Shown here one piece after another: positions 1-6,647 of a stretch of DNA of 45,429 nucleotides; position 1 is the first letter of the stretch; each line of letters starts with the position of its first letter. Below the pieces are notes generated by a model. The model worked only from the letters and a program-made list of their open reading frames with translations, was not told the origin of the DNA and did not search any database. The stretch is from Mollicutes bacterium. GTDB lineage: Bacteria > Bacillota_I > Bacilli_A > Izemoplasmatales > Izemoplasmataceae. The position numbers were made by a program, and so were the translations under genes. The DNA is taken from positions 1 to 45,429 of the forward strand of contig PUKL01000021.1 in assembly GCA_003552275.1 (NCBI GenBank). The letters run 5' to 3'.

Positions 1-650
1 CGCGGGGTGTCCCAGCTACGGAACACGGCGTCGATGGATTTGTAGAGTTGCTGCATGGGCTCCATGGGGAAGTCTTCGCCGACTTCCTTTTTGTAGAGAC
101 CTTTGAACGCCTCGGTGACTTCTTGCCAATCATCCGCGGTGATTTCGACCTCGGATTCGTAGCCCTTCTTCTCTTGCAGCTTCTCGATGTAGTCGTTGAA
201 GGGTTTCATGTCGACACCGAGGACGACATCGGCGAACATCTGGATGAGACGGCGATAGGAGTCGTAGACGAAACGGGGGTTCTTCGTCTTCGCGATCATG
301 CCTTCGGCGACCTCGTCGTTCATGCCGAGGTTCAAGACGGTGTCCATCATGCCGGGCATGGAAATCTTTGCGCCCGAACGGACGCTGACGAGAAGGGGGT
401 TCTCCTTGTCGCCGAACTTCTTGCCGGTCTCTTCTTCGAGTTTTTGGACATAGGTCTTCACGTCTTCGATGAGTTCCGGCGAGTTCTGCTGGTTGTTCTT
501 GTAGTACTCGAGGCACATTTCCGTGGTGATGGTGAATCCGGCGGGGACGGGGATGCCGAGACGTTTCATCTCGGAAAGGTTCGCGCCCTTCCCACCGAGG
601 AGGTCCTTTTGGTCCTGTCGGCCTTCGCCGAACATGTAGATCCGTTTCAT
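1..650 (-). CDS. ppdK: pyruvate, phosphate dikinase, N-terminal 216 codons (gene runs off the left edge of the window)
   Basis: Not in the ORF track because it has no stop inside the window. Hand translation from ATG 650..648 gives MKRIYMFGEGRQDQKDLLGGKGANLSEMKRLGIPVPAGFTITTEMCLEYYKNN...SVRSGAKISMPGMMDTVLNLGMND, the conserved PpdK ATP-grasp N-terminus. GGAAGGTG Shine-Dalgarno lies about 6 nt upstream. The listed 130..723 ORF is another frame. Confidence 0.9.
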   Translation of the reverse strand, partial: MKRIYMFGEGRQDQKDLLGGKGANLSEMKRLGIPVPAGFTITTEMCLEYYKNNQQNSPELIEDVKTYVQKLEEETGKKFGDKENPLLVSVRSGAKISMPGMMDTVLNLGMNDEVAEGMIAKTKNPRFVYDSYRRLIQMFADVVLGVDMKPFNDYIEKLQEKKGYESEVEITADDWQEVTEAFKGLYKKEVGEDFPMEPMQQLYKSIDAVFRSWDTP

Positions 651-694
651 ATGTTTCACCTTCCGATATGGGATTTGTCATTTCACGCAAGGAC

Positions 695-723
695 ATTATA
701 GCATTCCGAACACCCTTTTTCAA
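695..723 (-). promoter_or_regulatory. sigma-A type promoter of ppdK (TTGAAA-17 nt-TATAAT)
   Basis: The minus strand reads TTGAAA (723..718), a 17-nt spacer, then TATAAT (700..695). It lies about 45 nt upstream of the ppdK ATG. Confidence 0.65.
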
Positions 724-766
724 TAAAAACGGAGCGGTTTGAGGGCTTGGATAGGCGTTCGGGCAT

Positions 767-780
767 TGATAACGCTTTCA
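767..780 (-). promoter_or_regulatory. cre (CcpA operator)-like box, 14/14 match to TGWAANCGNTNWCA
   Basis: The minus strand reads TGAAAGCGTTATCA. It sits directly after the rnf terminator tail and about 45 nt upstream of the ppdK -35. Confidence 0.5.
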
Positions 781-804
781 AAGGAAAGCCCCGGCGACCG
801 GGGC
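781..804 (-). terminator. intrinsic terminator of the pgm-rnf operon
   Basis: RNA GCCCCGG-UCG-CCGGGGC starts immediately after the rnfB TGA and is followed by UUUCCUUU. Confidence 0.75.
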
Positions 805-1110
805 TCACTTTTCGACTTTGATGACGTTGCCGTCCTTGTCGGGGTTCTCCTTGAGATATTTCATGATCTCGTTGTAGGTCTTCTGGTTGGCGGGTTTGCA
901 GACGGAGAGGTTCTTCACTTCGCCTTCGACGATGGCTTCGGCGAAAGCGTTGCAACCCGGATAGCCGCAAGCGCCGCAGTTCGCGCCGGGAAGCAGCTTC
1001 TCGATGTCTTGGACACGCTTGTCGGGCTCGACTTTCAAAGCTTCCGCCGCGATGGCGAGTCCGAGGCCCAATAAAGCGCCGAGTATGCCGAGTGTCAAGA
1101 TGGCGGCCAT
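805..1110 (-). CDS. rnfB: Rnf complex subunit B, minimal form (TM helix plus single Cys-cluster domain, no ferredoxin-type domains)
   Basis: MAAILTLGILGALLGLGLAIAAE... then LLPGANCGACGYPGCNAFAEAIVEGEVKNLSVCKP (C-x2-C-x4-C-x16-C), as in the RnfB N-terminal Fe-S domain. It is the last gene of the rnf operon. ATG 1110 has GAGGGGTGA 5 nt upstream. The track start GTG 1119 lies inside that SD. Confidence 0.8.
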   Translation of the reverse strand: MAAILTLGILGALLGLGLAIAAEALKVEPDKRVQDIEKLLPGANCGACGYPGCNAFAEAIVEGEVKNLSVCKPANQKTYNEIMKYLKENPDKDGNVIKVEK

Positions 1111-1111
1111 G

Positions 1112-1288
1112 TCAATCACCCCTCGTCTCTTCGATTTTGTAGCGGCAGTTGTAGTTCTTGCAAGCCGTGCATGTTTCCCTGTCGACGATCTCCGCCGCCT
1201 CCAGGGGCTCGGGTGTACGCTTGTTCAGGATGTAGGTCGCGAAAAAGAGGATCACGACAAAGGTCGTCACAGCGATTGCCGGTACCAT
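1112..1288 (-). CDS. 58-aa single-TM protein with C-x2-C-x4-C motif, encoded between rnfA and rnfB (unlisted small ORF)
   Basis: Hand translation gives MVPAIAVTTFVVILFFATYILNKRTPEPLEAAEIVDRETCTACKNYNCRYKIEETRGD. ATG 1288..1286 overlaps the rnfA TGA (ATGA). GGAGGGGA SD lies 7 nt upstream. The TGA at 1114..1112 is 1 nt before the rnfB ATG. Confidence 0.6.
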   Translation of the reverse strand: MVPAIAVTTFVVILFFATYILNKRTPEPLEAAEIVDRETCTACKNYNCRYKIEETRGD

Positions 1289-1893
1289 CAGACGATCCCC
1301 TCCAGTCCGAGGAAGGCGAGGGCCATGATCCCGGCGACGATCAAGGAGATCGGGATGCCTTTCCAGGCGTTGGGCACCTCGGCGGCGTCAAGACGCTCGC
1401 GGATGCTCGAGAAAGCGAAGATGACGAGCGTGAAACCGAGGGCCGCGCCGAAGGCGCTCGCCGCGGCGACACCGAGGCCGCTCATGATGCCGAACTCTTC
1501 GGCATAGCCTTCACGGACGTTCGTTTCGGCCACACCGAGGATCGCACAGTTCGTGACGATGAGCGGAAGATAGATGCCGAGGGCCTTGTAGAGTTTCTTG
1601 CTCACCTTCTTGATGAACATCTCGACAAGCTGTACCAAGGAAGCGATGACGAGGATGAAGGCGATCGTCGAGATGTAGGTGATGTCGAAGGGTTCCAACA
1701 CATAATAATAGATGAGATAGGTGAGGACGCTGCCGACGACCATGACGAAGGTCACGGCGCCGCCCATGCCGAGGGCGGTCTCCGAGCGTTTGGAAACGCC
1801 CAGGAAGGGGCACACCCCCAAGAAACGCAACAACACCACGTTGTTTATGAGCATGGCCGATATGATGGCCACGAAGAAGACGGTCGGACTCAT
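1288..1893 (-). CDS. rnfA: Rnf complex subunit A
   Basis: 201-aa polytopic protein MSPTVFFVAIISAMLINNVVLLRFLGVCPFLGVSKRSETALGMG..., the RnfA/NqrE family signature. The ATGA overlaps the rnfE stop. Confidence 0.9.
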   Translation of the reverse strand: MSPTVFFVAIISAMLINNVVLLRFLGVCPFLGVSKRSETALGMGGAVTFVMVVGSVLTYLIYYYVLEPFDITYISTIAFILVIASLVQLVEMFIKKVSKKLYKALGIYLPLIVTNCAILGVAETNVREGYAEEFGIMSGLGVAAASAFGAALGFTLVIFAFSSIRERLDAAEVPNAWKGIPISLIVAGIMALAFLGLEGIV

Positions 1894-2666
1894 GCGCTAC
1901 CACCTGCACTTTCCATGGCTTTGCGGCGTTTTCTTTCCGCCGCCTCTTTTTTCTTCTTTTCGATCCAGCGGTCGCGGGCTTCCTTCTTCTTGCGCTTGTT
2001 GTAGAGTTCGATCGCTTTGAAGACCGCGAGCCAGAAACCGATGACGATGAACCCGCCGGCGGGGCCGATGAAGACTTCCATCTGGAAAAGGGTGAGACCG
2101 GCGTTGATGATGGACCCTTCGAAGGGAAGGGGGAGATAGATGCCGTAGGCGATGGCACCCGTCGCCAAGAATTCCCTCGTGCCGCCGATGAGCATCAAAG
2201 CGAGCATGAAACCGAGAGCCACCCCGATACCGTCGATCGCGCTCATGAGGACGTTGTTCTTGGAGGCGAAATTGTTCGCCCGTTCCATGATGAGACAGTT
2301 CACGACGATGAGCGGGATGAAGATGCCCAAGGATTCGTGGAGGGCGGGCGCGAAGGCCTCCGTCAAGAGTCCCACGATTGTCACGAACGTCGCGATGACG
2401 ACGATGTAGGCGGGGATGCGGATCTCGTCGGGGATCACTTTGCGGATGAGACTCACGACGATGTTCGAAAGGGTCAAGACGAAGATGACGAGCAACCCCA
2501 TGCCGAGGCCCGTCTCGAGCGAGCTCGTGACAGCGAGGGCGGGACACATACCGAGAAGCAGCACGAACAAGGAGTTCTCCTTGATGATGCCCCGGGTGAA
2601 GACGGCGAGGGCTTGCAGATCCTTTTTACGCTTCTTCTTTGCGGAAGCTTGTTGGGCCATGGTCAA
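1890..2666 (-). CDS. rnfE: Rnf complex subunit E with Lys/Arg-rich C-terminal tail
   Basis: ...IIKENSLFVLLLGMCPALAVTSSLETGLGMGLLVIF... is RnfE/NqrD family. The gene sits between rnfG and rnfA. The last ~36 aa are NKRKKKEARDRWIEKKKKEAAERKRRKAMESAGGSA. Confidence 0.9.
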   Translation of the reverse strand: MTMAQQASAKKKRKKDLQALAVFTRGIIKENSLFVLLLGMCPALAVTSSLETGLGMGLLVIFVLTLSNIVVSLIRKVIPDEIRIPAYIVVIATFVTIVGLLTEAFAPALHESLGIFIPLIVVNCLIMERANNFASKNNVLMSAIDGIGVALGFMLALMLIGGTREFLATGAIAYGIYLPLPFEGSIINAGLTLFQMEVFIGPAGGFIVIGFWLAVFKAIELYNKRKKKEARDRWIEKKKKEAAERKRRKAMESAGGSA

Positions 2667-4093
2667 TCACCCTCCCTGGCGTTCTCGTAATCCAAGGCGG
2701 CTTCGACGATTTCATTGAAGGCGGAAGCGGTCGTGGTCGAGCCGCTGAATGCATCGGCGAGGCCGTCTTTGTCGATACCTTCGGAGCGTTCGAAGAAGAT
2801 GCGGATGTTGTCTTCCAGGGTGCGGGTGGCGAAATCGCTCTCCTCGCTCGCCACAAGATGCACGCTGCTCACCGTGCCGTCGGCGAAGACGGCCACGGAA
2901 GCTTTCAAGATGCCGCCGTCATAGGCCCCGGAAAGACCCGAAGTGTCGATTTCACCGTGATAGACGTGACCGAGAAGGTCTCCGTCTTCGTCATAGTGGG
3001 CCTGATAGCTTTGGAGGATTTCGTGGTCGATTTCAACGAGGTCATCCCAACCGCGGCTCCAGAGGAAGTATTCGCGCATCTCGCGTTGTTCATCGGATTC
3101 CTGACAGCGGATGATGGCTTGTGTGACGAGATGGTTGATGGTCGGATCGTACACCGTTTCGTCGAAGTCGGCTTCGACATCGTCGATCGGCAGACCGTCC
3201 AGTTCCTCGTATTTTTCCAGCGCCTGCAGGAGTTCTTCGGAAGCCCTGTCGTCCGGTCTTGCCGCCCGCACGCCCTTGAAGGTACCTTCGCTGATGGCGA
3301 TGTTCAAGGCAATCTCTTCATGGTCGTTGGCGCGCCAGGCGGGATAGACATGCCCTAAGAGTTCGTCGTCGCTGTCATAGACGGCGATGCGGGCGTCGAT
3401 GCAGCCGAGGGTGTATTCGAAGACCCTCTCGTAGTAGGCCGCATCGGGATAGAAGACCCGGTAGTCGGAAAGCGCCCTATCGTCGACGACATTGTCGGCG
3501 GTCGCCCTGACGGCGTGGATGATGCTGCCGTAGGTCGAGGTCGCACCGGTTGAGCCGTCGTAGAAGCTGACATCGTTGATGTCTTGTCCTTTGAAGGGCT
3601 CGAGATGGTTGTCGATGATCCTCCGGACATAGGTCGGCGTGTTTTCGTGCCGGGCGATGCGGACTTCGATGATTTCGTTGTTCGTATCCAAAGCGACGAG
3701 CGTCACGACCAGCCCGAAGGTGTTGGTGTGTTCGACACGGAATACTTTGCCGAGCAGGTTTCCGTCCTTGTCGAAAACTTCGGCACGTTCGCTGACCCGC
3801 TCGTCTTCCACACAGTAGGTGACGATTCGACCGATACGGTTGCGGTCGGCGTCATATCCGACGGCCTCCCAGCGGCAATAGATATCCCGCGGCTCGTCGT
3901 CACGGTCGAAACTGTCGGGCATGTCGAGACCGTAAAGATCGAAATAGATCTCGAGCTGCTCCCGCATGCGGTTTTGTTCGATGATGTCCTCGGTGAAGGA
4001 ATTCACCGCCACGATGCCGAGGCCGCTCGCGGCCCCGATGACACAGAGTATCAAGGCCATTTTCAGTTTAGCCAACATAATGGACCCCCACAT
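2663..4093 (-). CDS. rnfG: Rnf complex subunit G, expanded (476 aa, three FMN_bind-like modules)
   Basis: An N-terminal TM helix is followed by three repeats, each carrying (D/G)xLLG(K/H)V(F/Y). FMN-attachment type motifs are DGSTGATST (nt 3533..3556) and FSGSTTTAS (nt 2723..2746). The position between rnfD and rnfE matches rnfG. An alternative start is ATG 4078 (GGGGG 6 nt upstream). Confidence 0.8.
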   Translation of the reverse strand: MWGSIMLAKLKMALILCVIGAASGLGIVAVNSFTEDIIEQNRMREQLEIYFDLYGLDMPDSFDRDDEPRDIYCRWEAVGYDADRNRIGRIVTYCVEDERVSERAEVFDKDGNLLGKVFRVEHTNTFGLVVTLVALDTNNEIIEVRIARHENTPTYVRRIIDNHLEPFKGQDINDVSFYDGSTGATSTYGSIIHAVRATADNVVDDRALSDYRVFYPDAAYYERVFEYTLGCIDARIAVYDSDDELLGHVYPAWRANDHEEIALNIAISEGTFKGVRAARPDDRASEELLQALEKYEELDGLPIDDVEADFDETVYDPTINHLVTQAIIRCQESDEQREMREYFLWSRGWDDLVEIDHEILQSYQAHYDEDGDLLGHVYHGEIDTSGLSGAYDGGILKASVAVFADGTVSSVHLVASEESDFATRTLEDNIRIFFERSEGIDKDGLADAFSGSTTTASAFNEIVEAALDYENAREGD

Positions 4094-5330
4094 TCGTAAT
4101 GATTATGGCCGCCACGACCACCATCGAGAAGATGACGGCGGCGCGGACGGAAAAGCGATTGCGCGCCCATTTGGGATAATCCAGGGCGGGCACGAACATG
4201 TTCATGATGAGGATCGCGAAGACGACCCCTTCGGGGAGATTCCCGAAAATGCGGATGAGGAAGGTCACAAGGCCGAGCCCGAAGGCGAAATAGATTCTTC
4301 CGGGCCTTGTCACGGGACTCGTGATCGGGTCGGTCGCCATGAAGATGGCACCGAAGAGGAGGCCCCCGCCGAAAAGATGCACGAGAGGGAACCAGAAATC
4401 GAGCCCCTGCGCGAACATGACACTCAACGAAAGCAAGAACACGGTACCGATATAGGTCAGGGGAACGACGAGGTCGAACGAGCGTCGAAGCGCGAGATAG
4501 AGACCGCCGACCAAGATGAGCAACGCACTCGTCTCACCGAGGCTGCCCGGAAGTCCGATCCCGGAGAAGAGCGTCCAGATGCCGTAGTGTTCCGTCACCG
4601 TGGAATCGAAGATGTTCTCGTTCAGGATGCTCATCGCCGTCGCGCCGGCGGCACCGTCGGCGACGAAGGTCTCATAGGAGAGAAGCGTGCCGAACGAGAG
4701 CACGACGAACACCCGGGCGAAAGCGGCCGGATTGAAGATGTTCTGTCCCATGCCGCCGAAGATGAGTTTCGCGAGCAAAATCCCGATCGCACCACCGATC
4801 ATGACGACGACGAGGGGAATCCGGTCGGGAAGCGTGAGACCATAGATCACCCCGCTCGTCACGACACTGAAATTGGTGAGCGTGAAACGCCTGTTCCAAA
4901 GACGGAAGGACTTGTTCTCGTCGGTCGGGGCCTTCTTGTTCTCTTCCTTCAGCTCCTTCTTCAAAGGGGCGAGCTTCTCTTTGTAGTCGGAAAGGAAAGA
5001 AGCATAGGCCTCCTTGGCCTCTTCCGTCTTCTTTTGGCGCGCTTCGGCGCGGAGCTCTTTCTTTTCGGCCTTGAGGTCGCGAATGCTTTTTTCCGTTTCG
5101 CTCTTGGCCTCTTTCAACCTTTCGAGCCAGTCCGTGACTTGATAGTAGATGTATTCCGTCACGGCCATCGAAAAGACGGCGGCAAGAAGAATCCAAAGCG
5201 CCGTGAGGCCGTGTTGGACGATGGCGAAAACAACGAGGGGCAGAAGCGCGATGCTCACATCACGCATCATCCTCGTCACCCGGGCCTGGGGACGGCGTAG
5301 ATGGGGACTGCTTTTTGTCACGATCTCCAT
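4068..5330 (-). CDS. rnfD: Rnf complex subunit D with ~80-aa charged insertion
   Basis: MEIVTKSSPHLRRPQ... (SPH motif), GMGQNIFNPAAFARVF, ADGAAGATAMS (flavinylation-type motif) and FMATDPITSP. Residues ~66-145 are a Lys/Glu-rich insert not expected in RnfD. Confidence 0.9.
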   Translation of the reverse strand: MEIVTKSSPHLRRPQARVTRMMRDVSIALLPLVVFAIVQHGLTALWILLAAVFSMAVTEYIYYQVTDWLERLKEAKSETEKSIRDLKAEKKELRAEARQKKTEEAKEAYASFLSDYKEKLAPLKKELKEENKKAPTDENKSFRLWNRRFTLTNFSVVTSGVIYGLTLPDRIPLVVVMIGGAIGILLAKLIFGGMGQNIFNPAAFARVFVVLSFGTLLSYETFVADGAAGATAMSILNENIFDSTVTEHYGIWTLFSGIGLPGSLGETSALLILVGGLYLALRRSFDLVVPLTYIGTVFLLSLSVMFAQGLDFWFPLVHLFGGGLLFGAIFMATDPITSPVTRPGRIYFAFGLGLVTFLIRIFGNLPEGVVFAILIMNMFVPALDYPKWARNRFSVRAAVIFSMVVVAAIIITNVGVHYVG

Positions 5331-5339
5331 GGTATCACC

Positions 5340-6647
5340 CTATAATTTGTTTTGTAGCAACGCTTTGCCTTTGCGGACATAGTCCGTCACATGGATCTTG
5401 GAGGTGCAAACATAAGCACAAAGACCACATTCGATGCACCTGTCGGCGCGGAGGTCTTGTGCCGATTTCTCGTCATTGCGTTTCACGGCGTTCATGATGG
5501 AGACGGGCTGGATGTCGACGGGACAGCTGTAGACGCATGAAGCGCAACGCACACAAGGCTCCTCGACGTATTCCGCACTCTCGAACACGAGGACGGATGT
5601 CGTCGTCTGGGTGACGATGGCATCGTCATCGGGGATGCTCTTGCCCATCATCGGACCGCCGATGATGACTTGCACTTCGTCCACATCCTCCCGGTAGCCG
5701 TCACAGAGTTCGATGAGCTCCTTGACGCTCGTACCGACCCGGGCGCGGATGTTTTGCGGGAATTTCACCGCATCACCGTTCACGGTCAGATGCCTCTTGA
5801 TGACGGGTAGGTTGTGTTTCACCGCTTCATAGACCGCCGCACAGGTGGAGACGTTGAAACCGAGGATGCCTTTTTCCATGGGGAGAGTGCCGACATCGAC
5901 CTTGATGCCGGTGGCTTTTTCGAAGGTGGCGTTCTCCCACCCTTGCGGATAATAGTCGTCGAGTTCGGCGATCCGGATGTCCAAATCGGCGAACCGGGCG
6001 AGTTCACGCTCCAAGACCTCGATGAGCTCCCGTTTCGTCTTCTTGACGGCGATGACGCCGCGTTCGGCCTCGACCGCCTGCATGACATAGGAGAGGCCTT
6101 TGAAGATGTCTTCGGGCTGGTCCTTGATGAGGCGGTAATCGCTCGAGAGGTAGGGTTCGCATTCAACGGCGTTGATGACGACGGTGTGGATGTCCTTGTC
6201 CGTGTCCAACTTGATATAGGAAGGGAAGGCGGCGCCGCCGAGGCCCACGAGTCCCTTCTCTCTGAGGATTTCGACGAAATCCTTTTTCTTGAAATCGGCG
6301 ATGACGCTGTCGGGTCGGTCGGTGATGCTTTCATGGTAGGTGTCTTGGTGGTCGTTTTTGATGACGACACACTCGATCTTTTCACCCGTGGGGTCGGTCT
6401 TTTCGGTCGTGCCTTCCACGACACCGCTCACGGTCGAATAGATGGGCTGTTTGAAGAAGCCGCCGTCGCGCTCGCCGATGATCTCGCCGAGTTTGACCTT
6501 GTCGCCTTTTTCCACCTTGACGGTGTATTTCGGACACCGCTCACCGGGCAGATTGATGTAGACCTTTTCGGGGTCCACATGGCGGAGGGTGGGCAACTCC
6601 TTCATGAGTTGCTTGTAGTCGCTGACTCTTTTCGATCCGGTAATCAT
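5340..6647 (-). CDS. rnfC: Rnf complex subunit C (NADH-binding, 2x[4Fe-4S])
   Basis: GLVGLGGAAFPSYIKL plus CVRCASCVYSCP and CIECGLCAYVCT ferredoxin motifs. ATG overlaps the pgm TGA (ATGA). GGAAGGTG SD lies 7 nt upstream. Confidence 0.9.
   Translation of the reverse strand: MITGSKRVSDYKQLMKELPTLRHVDPEKVYINLPGERCPKYTVKVEKGDKVKLGEIIGERDGGFFKQPIYSTVSGVVEGTTEKTDPTGEKIECVVIKNDHQDTYHESITDRPDSVIADFKKKDFVEILREKGLVGLGGAAFPSYIKLDTDKDIHTVVINAVECEPYLSSDYRLIKDQPEDIFKGLSYVMQAVEAERGVIAVKKTKRELIEVLERELARFADLDIRIAELDDYYPQGWENATFEKATGIKVDVGTLPMEKGILGFNVSTCAAVYEAVKHNLPVIKRHLTVNGDAVKFPQNIRARVGTSVKELIELCDGYREDVDEVQVIIGGPMMGKSIPDDDAIVTQTTTSVLVFESAEYVEEPCVRCASCVYSCPVDIQPVSIMNAVKRNDEKSAQDLRADRCIECGLCAYVCTSKIHVTDYVRKGKALLQNKL

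Noticed and set aside
130-723. 197-aa minus-strand ORF listed by the track at the left edge
   Set aside because: It is an Arg/Pro-rich nonsense translation. The adjacent frame starting at ATG 650 encodes a textbook PpdK N-terminus and is the real gene.
4672-5196. 174-aa alternative-frame minus ORF inside the rnfD insertion region
   Set aside because: It is an Arg-rich out-of-frame reading of the Lys/Glu-rich insert. The rnfD frame is continuous with conserved RnfD sequence on both sides.
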